Shown: positions 7,675-14,654 of the stretch, in pieces
How positions within the stretch are numbered: the stretch's first letter is position 1
Layout: each line of letters starts with the position of its first letter
Virus record (IMG/VR): IMGVR_UViG_3300007735_000750
Span: 1-51,044 of that record
DNA from: a virus
Taxonomy: Duplodnaviria; Caudoviricetes
Strand: one strand, 5' to 3'
DNA: 51,044 nt
The notes under the pieces: generated by a model
Told to the model about the DNA's origin: nothing
The model's input: only the letters and a program-made list of their open reading frames with translations
The model's database searches: none
Position numbers and translations under genes: made by a program

Positions 7675-8049
7675 ATGAAGGATATCGGCCCAAAATTAAG
7701 AGTTTATTTTAAAACTAAAGGTTATACCGATCTTTCTTTTTACAAATGGGACACCATAGAGAAACTATTTAATCTTCTTTGGGAAAATTCAACTTACTCA
7801 ATTACTATTGATTATTCTTATCTTGAAGAATCATTGAGGATACTGGATGTAAAAGGTTATAGAGGTAAAGATGGTTTATCTCTTGAAACATTCTTTCTTG
7901 CTAATAATGATTGGAACAGAATTATTACCATTTGGAGTTTTGTTTGTGATTTTATTCGAGATAATTCAGCATTAGAAGAAAAGGGCTCTGGTAGAATTCT
8001 AGTTAAATTAAGTAAAACTGATCGGATTGATTGCACTTTGATTGCTTGA
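7675..8049 (+). CDS. hypothetical protein
   Basis: Promoter TTGACA-N16-TATAGT (7641-7668) 6 nt before ATG. Confidence 0.75.
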   Translation: MKDIGPKLRVYFKTKGYTDLSFYKWDTIEKLFNLLWENSTYSITIDYSYLEESLRILDVKGYRGKDGLSLETFFLANNDWNRIITIWSFVCDFIRDNSALEEKGSGRILVKLSKTDRIDCTLIA

Positions 8050-8079
8050 CAATAAATTAGCATCTGATACTATTTAGAT

Positions 8080-8293
8080 AGTTCTTCGATATCAGAGAAG
8101 GTTGACCGTAAGGTTGCAGTTCTGGAAAGTTTCCAATGGCAACATTGGTTATATATAACGGAATGCCAATACTTCTCGCGCGAGTTTGACTAACTCCATA
8201 AGAGGATGAACCTGCCAACGCCCAGAGTCTGAGGCAAATTAAAAGAGCAGGGTATTTCCTTTACGAATCATGAGCGTAAAGGGTCGAAGAACT
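8080..8293 (+). ncRNA. unassigned ~214-nt structured ncRNA
   Basis: Own promoter TTGACA-N16-TACTAT (8046-8073); 10-bp closing stem AGTTCTTCGA/TCGAAGAACT then T7; several internal helices including two GNRA hairpins; no ORF. Confidence 0.75.
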
Positions 8294-8299
8294 ATTTTT

Positions 8300-8503
8300 T
8301 TAGAAGAAATTACTGTGTTCGCTTTTCCAACCTGTGCGGTGGTGAAAGTTCCAATCAAGAAGTGCCCATTCGAATCCTACATCTTTACCAGCTTTTTCAC
8401 TTTCAAGCCATTTGTGCTTTAATATTTCCTCACGCTCTTTGAGGAATTCTTGATATAACTTTGAGTTTTTGAATACTTGATCCATCTCGGTTTTACTTTT
8501 CAT
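8300..8503 (-). CDS. DUF4032-like small protein (host-like)
   Basis: LYQEFLKEREEILKHKWLESEKAGKDVGFEWALLDW motif, recalled from PVC bacteria; GTGTAA motif on - strand at 8525-8530. Confidence 0.7.
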   Translation of the reverse strand: MKSKTEMDQVFKNSKLYQEFLKEREEILKHKWLESEKAGKDVGFEWALLDWNFHHRTGWKSEHSNFF

Positions 8504-8589
8504 CAAATACAATTCTAAATTAGATTACACTAAATAGCAAATAGTAATTGATAAATAGATAAATATCTAATATAATAATACTACATATT

Positions 8590-8661
8590 GGGGCTATCGT
8601 CTAATGGTTAGGACGGAGGCCTTTCAAGCCTCTAGTATCGGTTCGAATCCGTTTAGCCCTA
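8590..8661 (+). tRNA. tRNA-Glu(UUC)
   Basis: GGGGCTA/TAGCCCT acceptor; GAGGC-CTTTCAA-GCCTC; TTCGAAT T-loop. Confidence 0.85.
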
Positions 8662-8735
8662 AGTATTTGATTATCAAGTATTTACAAAAGTGAGTGGACC
8701 TATGCTTCTATAAGTCGTTGATATTCAATGAGATT
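8660..8735. repeat. paired-palindrome element D4
   Basis: TAAGTATTTG-ATTAT-CAAGTATTTA ... TAAGTCGTTG-ATATT-CAATGAGATT, 51-bp offset. Confidence 0.9.
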
Positions 8736-8775
8736 CTTTTGTAGACAAAAAGAAAAATCCTGATATATTTATCTT

Positions 8776-9609
8776 ATGAAAGTTAACGAAATTATCACAG
8801 AAAAATTCATCGAAGCCCTCAACAATGGAACTTGCCCTTGGCAAAAGCCTTGGAAAGTTTTTGATCTCTGCAACGGTATTTCAAAAAAGAATTATAGGGG
8901 CATCAACCAATTTTTGCTGCGTATGGTTTCTTCTGACGACTTTTTCTTTACCTTTAACCAGATTAAAGAACTTGGAGGAAACATCAAGAAAGGTGCTAAA
9001 GCTCATCTCGTAGTTTATTACAAGCTGCTAAAGAATAAAGATGATGAAAGCACTGGTTTTCCTATGATGAGATATTACAAAGTCTTTGGGTTGAGTGATG
9101 TCGAGAACATCAAATGGAAACAGCCCGAAGTGAAAAAACTCGATTTTTCTCCAGTAGAAGAAGCAGAGAAGTTGATTAACAAGTGCATTATTAAGATCAA
9201 GCACGGCGGAAGTCGTGCCTGTTATTATCCGCAGGAGCATAAGATCGACCTACCTCCAAAAGAAAACTTCAACAGCGTTGAGGAGTATTACTCCACTGCG
9301 TTTCACGAGATTGGTCACGCTATGCACAAGGCGACCAACGATGAAGTGAAGAACGGATTCGGTTCACAGAATTATAGCAAAGAAGAATTAACAGCAGAGA
9401 TTTTTGCTAGTCTCTGTCTTAACTTCTGCGGAATTGATTCTGAAAAATGTTTCAACAATTCTGCGAGCTATCTTTCGAGCTGGCTCCAAGTATTAAAAAA
9501 GGATATGAATTTTATTATTTCAGCTTCTAGTAAAGCACAGAAAAGATTTGACGTTTTCCTTGGTAAAAAAGAAACTGAAGAAGTTATTGAAGAAGCTGTA
9601 ACTGCTTAA
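8776..9609 (+). CDS. ardC: ArdC-like antirestriction / ssDNA-binding protein (DUF1738 + zincin domain)
   Basis: PWQKPW, NYRGIN, TFNQIKELGG, YYSTAFHEIGH, YSKEELTAE, ASYLSSWL. Confidence 0.85.
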   Translation: MKVNEIITEKFIEALNNGTCPWQKPWKVFDLCNGISKKNYRGINQFLLRMVSSDDFFFTFNQIKELGGNIKKGAKAHLVVYYKLLKNKDDESTGFPMMRYYKVFGLSDVENIKWKQPEVKKLDFSPVEEAEKLINKCIIKIKHGGSRACYYPQEHKIDLPPKENFNSVEEYYSTAFHEIGHAMHKATNDEVKNGFGSQNYSKEELTAEIFASLCLNFCGIDSEKCFNNSASYLSSWLQVLKKDMNFIISASSKAQKRFDVFLGKKETEEVIEEAVTA

Positions 9610-9674
9610 GCATCAAAGAGTTACAGAAGGGGATCTCCTTCCGCTTCTCTAAGTCATTGATATTCAACGAGATT
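9599..9674. repeat. paired-palindrome element D5
   Basis: TAACTGCTTA-AGCAT-CAAAGAGTTA ... TAAGTCATTG-ATATT-CAACGAGATT, 51-bp offset. Confidence 0.8.
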
Positions 9675-9724
9675 TAAATGTAAAAAAAACTTGTCACAAG
9701 AAAAAAAAGTGTTAGAGTTTATTT

Positions 9725-10360
9725 ATGTTCAAAAACAAAAAGCAAGCCGAAGCTATTGTCGGCACACTATCTAAACCTTCGAAGATGCCAGGTTATGCCT
9801 ATTCAACGCCAGCCAAGCGTTGTCTTATCGGACAGAAAATGCGTAAGGTTGCGGGAAGTATTTGTGCGTTCTGCTACGCTCTCAAAGGGCGTTATGTTTT
9901 TAAGAATGTTCAAGAGGCGATGGAAAAGCGTTTTGCTTCTCTTACCAATGATCTTTGGGTTGAGGCGATGTCCTATTTGATCGGCAAAGTTAAGAATCCC
10001 CATTTCAGATGGCACGATTCGGGAGACATCCAAGGCGTATGGCATCTTCAAAAGATTGTGCAGGTTGCTAAAAACCTTCCGCATATTTCTTTTTGGTTGC
10101 CAACTCGGGAGTATGCTTTCGTTTCAGAGTATATTGAAAAGGGCGGTGAGGTTCCTTCTAATCTCACTATTCGTCTTTCTGCTCTTATGATGGACGGCCC
10201 TGCTCCTGTTGGCATCGCTCAACGCCTTGGCCTTGTTGTTAGTGGTGCGAGTAAAGTAGGAAACTTTAATTGCCCTAGCTCTAAGCAAGGTAACAAGTGC
10301 GCTGATTGTCGTGCGTGCTGGGACAAAAATCAGTTTGCAATTAACTACAAAAAGCATTAA
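9725..10360 (+). CDS. GP88-like (phage gene 88 family) Cys-rich protein
   Basis: LSKPSKMPG, CAFCYALKG, FRWHDSGD, FWLPTRE, CADCRACW. Confidence 0.8.
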   Translation: MFKNKKQAEAIVGTLSKPSKMPGYAYSTPAKRCLIGQKMRKVAGSICAFCYALKGRYVFKNVQEAMEKRFASLTNDLWVEAMSYLIGKVKNPHFRWHDSGDIQGVWHLQKIVQVAKNLPHISFWLPTREYAFVSEYIEKGGEVPSNLTIRLSALMMDGPAPVGIAQRLGLVVSGASKVGNFNCPSSKQGNKCADCRACWDKNQFAINYKKH

Positions 10361-10430
10361 GATGTCACCTTATGGACAACTTAACAATTTTAATCATCAT
10401 CGGTATTTTTGTATCATTCCTAATCTATAA

Positions 10431-10583
10431 ATGAAAACAATTAAAGACATCCTATCAGAAAACGAAGAAACTTTTTTTCCGTGGACTGATAGTGAAAATC
10501 CTCCACTCGATGCAAACAAAAATTTTGTTCAATGGGATAAAGAAATTGACGAAGTTTTTGAGGGTTGGCGAGCCTCGATGTAA
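10431..10583 (+). CDS. hypothetical acidic protein (50 aa, MKTIKDILSENEE...)
   Basis: Read by eye; its stop TAA is the first triplet of element D6. Confidence 0.6.
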   Translation: MKTIKDILSENEETFFPWTDSENPPLDANKNFVQWDKEIDEVFEGWRASM

Positions 10584-10656
10584 GTCTTTAATTATCAACT
10601 AGTTACGCAAGGGGGACCACCGCCCCCGCCGCAAGTTGTTGATAGTGAACTACTTA
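10581..10656. repeat. paired-palindrome element D6 (convergence point of the two early blocks)
   Basis: TAAGTCTTTA-ATTAT-CAACTAGTTA ... CAAGTTGTTG-ATAGT-GAACTACTTA, 51-bp offset. Confidence 0.9.
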
Positions 10657-10766
10657 CGCTTACGCTGATAAAGCCATACAGCAAAGTTGATAAGAGTTTC
10701 TAATGTCACGAGAGCGAGGAAAAAAATTCCAAGCCCAGCGATTGATAGCATATATTTTTCTATCAT
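10650..10766 (-). CDS. small membrane protein (MIEKYMLSIAGLG...)
   Basis: C-terminal part of ORF-track 10650..10979; one TM helix and basic tail; follows the stop of 10768..11037. Confidence 0.55.
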   Translation of the reverse strand: MIEKYMLSIAGLGIFFLALVTLETLINFAVWLYQRKRK

Positions 10767-10767
10767 A

Positions 10768-11037
10768 TTATTCTCCGCAGAAGTTTTCGTCACCTGCCCA
10801 GCCGAAGTCTTCCATCTGGTAGCACCCGCCACCATAGTCTTCGTCTGTGCCATGGCCAGCCGATGCCATAGCAGAATCAAAGTCGCCGTCCATCGAGTCG
10901 TCCACATCAGAAACATCTGATGATTTAGAGAGAGCGAGACGATCATCCTCACGCATCTCGTTGAGGATATCACGCACATCCTGCGAGCCCAACATATGTT
11001 GAGCCATCCACTCCTTGAGTGATGCTTTGTAGTCCAT
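10768..11037 (-). CDS. acidic hypothetical protein (MDYKAS...)
   Basis: DGDFDSAMASAGHGTDEDYG motif; GGAGG upstream. Confidence 0.7.
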   Translation of the reverse strand: MDYKASLKEWMAQHMLGSQDVRDILNEMREDDRLALSKSSDVSDVDDSMDGDFDSAMASAGHGTDEDYGGGCYQMEDFGWAGDENFCGE

Positions 11038-11038
11038 A

Positions 11039-11206
11039 TTATTTGACCTCCACGATGGTATCAGCTTCATCAAAGCTGGGAGCCATCTTATCCAGCATTT
11101 CGTTGATTACATCAGGGGAATTGATGTAGTCGAAAAAAGCCTCCGCATCAGAGAAGGCTTCGGTGCAGTTAATCGAGGCAAGGTATGAGATGTCGTTGTT
11201 GTTCAT
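11039..11206 (-). CDS. hypothetical protein (55 aa, MNNNDISYLASIN...)
   Basis: Promoter TTGACA-N16-TACATT (11240-11213) 6 nt before ATG. Confidence 0.7.
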   Translation of the reverse strand: MNNNDISYLASINCTEAFSDAEAFFDYINSPDVINEMLDKMAPSFDEADTIVEVK

Positions 11207-11228
11207 ACGACTAATGTATCACAGATTA

Positions 11229-11591
11229 CTATTCTGTCAAAGATTTTCTGCAGGAATATTCTATTGAATGACAACGCCTTACAAAAGTTGCTGGCTTTAT
11301 TTCTGAAATGATTTGATCTGCTAGAGCTTCGCCCTGAGAGTCCCAGTTGCCCTCACCCAAAGAGGATTCAAGATTGTTTGAGAGAGCGAGAGCTAAAGCT
11401 CTGCGAAACTTCTCTGGCTCTGCGTAAAAGTAAAATGCTTTTCCACTTCCTCTATCTTGCAATTTGTAATTCGTTCCGCCGAAATTATAAATAGCATTAT
11501 AAAATCTTTCAGCAGATAGGAAATCAGCCTCAATCAAATAGGCGAGGTTAGGGCCAAAGGGTTCGCTAAATATTTTTATTTTGTTTTGCAT
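11229..11591 (-). CDS. hypothetical protein, paralog family A
   Basis: FYNAIYNFGGTNYKL...FYFYAEPE; promoter 11625-11598. Confidence 0.8.
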   Translation of the reverse strand: MQNKIKIFSEPFGPNLAYLIEADFLSAERFYNAIYNFGGTNYKLQDRGSGKAFYFYAEPEKFRRALALALSNNLESSLGEGNWDSQGEALADQIISEIKPATFVRRCHSIEYSCRKSLTE

Positions 11592-11631
11592 AAAAAAAGG
11601 ATATCAGATTTTTTTATTTTGTCAAGCATTG

Positions 11632-11707
11632 TAAGTCGTTGATAGTCAAGGACTTGCGCGGGGGGCGGTCGGCGTGCTTGCGTAAGTCGTTGATAACCAA
11701 TTACTTA
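11632..11707. repeat. paired-palindrome element D7
   Basis: TAAGTCGTTG-ATAGT-CAAGGACTTG ... TAAGTCGTTG-ATAAC-CAATTACTTA, 51-bp offset. Confidence 0.9.
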
Positions 11708-12016
11708 GAAACCATACAGAAAAAACCTAGCGTCAAGAAAGAATTTCGAGAGAAAGTAGAAAAATTTTTCTGTCTTATAGTTTTTATTTTCGCCATTTGA
11801 AACGGCGAGAGAGTAGCAAACTTTTCCAGAGCGGAAAAGAAAGTTGCGGATTGTGTTTTTGTGTATTTTGTATTTGTTCATTTCGTAATTTATTTTTGTT
11901 ATAGTTTCTTCTAGTGTTCGCAGGATAGCCATAATCCTATAAAAAGAAAATGTATGCTCCCACCAACCTTTCTTTTTGGTGAGAGCAACCCGCAAGCCTT
12001 GCGGATAATTGTTCAA
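11705..12016 (-). CDS. hypothetical protein (start uncertain)
   Basis: ORF track; stop lies in the last triplet of D7. Confidence 0.5.
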   Translation of the reverse strand: MNNYPQGLRVALTKKKGWWEHTFSFYRIMAILRTLEETITKINYEMNKYKIHKNTIRNFLFRSGKVCYSLAVSNGENKNYKTEKFFYFLSKFFLDARFFLYGF

Positions 12017-12207
12017 TTATACGCCCACTCGCTTGCTTCTTCCTCAATCTCTGCTTCTATACTTGGCCACATATGGTCAGGAATCATATAGTTTCGGTTG
12101 AGGTGTTTAGTCTTTGCGATATGGAGAGCTTGCCCAAGACTTCCGAGAGCTTCACTCCCGAAGTAAATTTCTTCTTTTAACTTTTGGATGTTTTCAGTTA
12201 AGTCCAT
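12013..12207 (-). CDS. hypothetical protein (MDLTENIQ...)
   Basis: AAGGAG upstream; C-terminal part of ORF-track 12013..12312. Confidence 0.6.
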   Translation of the reverse strand: MDLTENIQKLKEEIYFGSEALGSLGQALHIAKTKHLNRNYMIPDHMWPSIEAEIEEEASEWAYN

Positions 12208-12208
12208 T

Positions 12209-12628
12209 TTAGTCTCCTTTGTATTGTCCACCGCTGTTATACGCTTCGTGGATTCCATTTGAGATTCTTTTAGAATCCGAAACTCTTTCCAGAAGCTCTT
12301 GAGTTGCTTCAACTTTTTTGATGTCGAAGTATTTTCCAGCAGAGGTCAAGAGAGTATATCCTCCGTTGAGATTCCAAAACATTAGTTTCTTGAGGAAAGG
12401 AAGGTTTGAGTAGTGATCGTTTTCGGTAGCATCAGCATACCAAATTTCCGTTTCGATTGTCTCACCAGTTATTCTCCAGTAAGACTTGTAAGAGAGTTGG
12501 ATAAAGTCTCCAGCTTCTATGTTGAGGGAACGAAAAGTCTCAATGGCTTCTGCTTCCTTGCGAGCCGATTCTGCTCTGCGTTGTTCGAGTTCTTGTTTCA
12601 GTTGTTTCATTTGTTCTTTCTTTGTCAT
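12209..12628 (-). CDS. hypothetical protein
   Basis: Promoter TTGACA-N16-TAGATT (12662-12635) 6 nt before ATG. Confidence 0.75.
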   Translation of the reverse strand: MTKKEQMKQLKQELEQRRAESARKEAEAIETFRSLNIEAGDFIQLSYKSYWRITGETIETEIWYADATENDHYSNLPFLKKLMFWNLNGGYTLLTSAGKYFDIKKVEATQELLERVSDSKRISNGIHEAYNSGGQYKGD

Positions 12629-12650
12629 ACCTTTAATCTATCACACTTTC

Positions 12651-12839
12651 CTATTTTGTCAATGATTTAAATTTCGTTGATTTCAACAACTTAGGACTTT
12701 TTCCATTTAATTTTGCTTTGAGTAGAGCGTGAGCCCTAGCTTTTTCTGGATTATTTTTTTTCCATTCAGCCCAACGCTTGCGAAGAGTTGCCCACTTGCG
12801 TTGATTGCTTTCGATTCTTTTGATATCGTCTTGATTCAT
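12651..12839 (-). CDS. basic hypothetical protein
   Basis: ORF track, co-oriented with neighbours. Confidence 0.6.
   Translation of the reverse strand: MNQDDIKRIESNQRKWATLRKRWAEWKKNNPEKARAHALLKAKLNGKSPKLLKSTKFKSLTK
12670..12693. repeat. single variant copy of the palindrome
   Basis: AATTTCGTTG-ATTT-CAACAACTTA next to the -35 box at 12657-12662. Confidence 0.65.
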
Positions 12840-12859
12840 TTTATTTACTTTCTTTCTGT

Positions 12860-13108
12860 TCAGGTTGCATTGGCAAGGTTGATAGTTCCAACCTTTCCTT
12901 TGTCCTCACCTTCGAGGATTTCACCAACCGCAATCAAAGGATACGGATTGATTGAATTTACTTGAGAAACTTTGACCAAGTTTCCTTCGTAGGAATAAAT
13001 TTTTCCTACGATTTCTTTATTTTGTTTATCGAGCTTTTCAGCGTAAGCACGCATATTTTCACGCATTTGTCTGCGGTGAAAGTTCCAGTTTATCATTCTA
13101 TGTGTCAT
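12860..13108 (-). CDS. hypothetical protein, paralog family B
   Basis: HRMINWNFHRRQMRENMRAYAEK shared with 14056..14187. Confidence 0.7.
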   Translation of the reverse strand: MTHRMINWNFHRRQMRENMRAYAEKLDKQNKEIVGKIYSYEGNLVKVSQVNSINPYPLIAVGEILEGEDKGKVGTINLANAT

Positions 13109-13236
13109 TTTCTATTACCTTTCTTATTTTCTTTCTTATCTTTCATACCTTTAATCTATCACACTTTACAAAAAAGTCAAGAGCGGAAAATGAGGTAGAA
13201 GATTTTCTTATTTTATTATAAGATTTTATTATGAGA

Positions 13237-13312
13237 TAAGTATTTGAATATCAAGGGGTTACACAAGGAAAGCGGGGGGCGCTTACGTAAGCTGTTGGTA
13301 TTCAACAACTTA
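13237..13312. repeat. paired-palindrome element D8
   Basis: TAAGTATTTG-AATAT-CAAGGGGTTA ... TAAGCTGTTG-GTATT-CAACAACTTA, 51-bp offset. Confidence 0.9.
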
Positions 13313-13324
13313 CTCAAGCTAAGT

Positions 13325-13702
13325 TCAGAATGGAATAAACTTTATTTCTTTGGATTGTTCTAGATATTTTTCAGAAGGTTTGAAAAAGATTACTTTCTCA
13401 AAAACTTTTTCTGTCGTCACATCATCTGGAAGCGAAGCGAAGTCTCCGTCTGGAGTCGCACCAACTAGCAGAGCTTTTCCAGCATAAGGCTGTGAGTCGA
13501 TTCCAACCTTGAAGTATCTTTGAGATTCTGAGTCTTTTAAGAGTCCCTCATCATCAAGAATCATATCAACACCAAATGCTGAAGTGATTGTGATGAGGTC
13601 GCACCCCAAAAGTCCATAGATGGTTTGGAGTTTTGTGTCCACAAGCATAACCTGTGAGACTGTTTCGGTGAATGGGTCGATGAGGATAGCTCGCACCATC
13701 AT
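13325..13702 (-). CDS. DUF3846-like protein
   Basis: AILIDP, LQTIYGLLGC, LDDEGLL, PYAGKALLVG. Confidence 0.7.
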   Translation of the reverse strand: MMVRAILIDPFTETVSQVMLVDTKLQTIYGLLGCDLITITSAFGVDMILDDEGLLKDSESQRYFKVGIDSQPYAGKALLVGATPDGDFASLPDDVTTEKVFEKVIFFKPSEKYLEQSKEIKFIPF

Positions 13703-13876
13703 TAGATCTTCCTCGTTTCGAGTAGGTTGCTCAACTCTGCGAGGTAAACTCCAGCGGTGAGGTTGTATTGTTTAGCGTTTAGGTCTTTGATGATATTCAC
13801 CAAGTTGGACGCCAACTCGATGATCTTGTCATTGGTATTGTTCATTGGTTTAGATTATCTCCTTTTGTAGTTTTTG

Positions 13877-14059
13877 TCAAACACCAAATTTGTTTCGGTA
13901 TTGATTGTAGAGGTTTTGGTATTCTTCGCCATTTTGGGCGATGATTTCGTGAATCTCGTTATATTCTTGCTGACCTTTTCGGTAGTAGTAAGAATCATCA
14001 CTCATCATATAAGTCCAATCGTGAGCTTTTAAGAGTTGTTCGAATTGTTCTAGGTTCAT
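13877..14059 (-). CDS. hypothetical protein (HDWTYMMSDD motif)
   Basis: ORF track; ATGA-coupled to upstream ORF. Confidence 0.7.
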   Translation of the reverse strand: MNLEQFEQLLKAHDWTYMMSDDSYYYRKGQQEYNEIHEIIAQNGEEYQNLYNQYRNKFGV

Positions 14060-14187
14060 TTCTTTTCTTCTTTCTTTTCTGATTGTTTCTTTTCTTGTTC
14101 GCGTTTAGCTTGTTGCTTTTCAGCATAAGCGCGCATTTGTTCGCGCATTTGTTTTCTCTGGAAGTTCCAGTATACCATTCTGTGCAT
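14056..14187 (-). CDS. hypothetical protein, paralog family B (43 aa)
   Basis: MHRMVYWNFQRKQMREQMRAYAEK... read by eye. Confidence 0.65.
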   Translation of the reverse strand: MHRMVYWNFQRKQMREQMRAYAEKQQAKREQEKKQSEKKEEKK

Positions 14188-14408
14188 TGTCTTATCCTTT
14201 CTTAAGAGTTTCGATTTCGTCCATTTTGACGATGATTTTTTCCATCCGCTTTGCGGATTCTTGATAACCCTTGGTAATTTCTTCCAAGCGTTTAATTGTT
14301 TCGTTGAGGTCGAATTTAATTTTGATTTTTGTTTTCATTTTTTTTCTTCTTTCTTTCTACCTATAATCTATCACATTTTTTATTTTTTGCAAGATATTTT
14401 TTCATTTA

Positions 14409-14484
14409 AATTTCATTGACCATCAACGATTTACAAAAGCAGAGAGGGCGTAGCTTGTCTAAGTCTTTGATATAGAATGATTTA
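14409..14484. repeat. paired-palindrome element D9
   Basis: AATTTCATTG-ACCAT-CAACGATTTA ... TAAGTCTTTG-ATATA-GAATGATTTA, 51-bp offset. Confidence 0.85.
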
Positions 14485-14562
14485 GATCTTTTGCTTTCCA
14501 TCAGGTTTTGTTGGAAGATCGGATTCGATCTTTTGCCTTCGTTCAGGTTTTGTCTAAAGATC
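14485..14562. repeat. 36-bp imperfect direct repeat x2
   Basis: GATCTTTTGCTTTCCATCAGGTTTTGTTGGAAGATC (14485-14520) and GATCTTTTGCCTTCGTTCAGGTTTTGTCTAAAGATC (14527-14562). Confidence 0.85.
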
Positions 14563-14573
14563 ACGAACTTTTA

Positions 14574-14649
14574 TAACCATTTATCTATTAAGTATTTACA
14601 TACGCACTGGCCCACGCCCTTGCGTAAATCGTTGGTACTTAACGACTTA
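14574..14649. repeat. paired-palindrome element D10
   Basis: TAACCATTTA-TCTAT-TAAGTATTTA ... TAAATCGTTG-GTACT-TAACGACTTA, 51-bp offset. Confidence 0.8.
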
Positions 14650-14654
14650 CAGAT

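Noticed and set aside
8080-8293. SAM-I riboswitch, RNase P or tmRNA identity for the ncRNA
   Set aside because: Only short word matches (ATCAGAG, GATGAA, GGAAAGT); the required helices, a downstream regulated gene and tRNA-like ends are absent.
14485-14562. 36-bp direct repeats as a CRISPR array
   Set aside because: Only 6 bp between copies and several mismatches.
2546-14649. Paired palindromes as CRISPR mini-arrays (repeat-spacer-repeat) or TIGR-like arrays
   Set aside because: Repeats are too degenerate, cores share framing bases and G/C bias, units are dispersed, conservation follows the IHF consensus, and no cas or tas gene is present.
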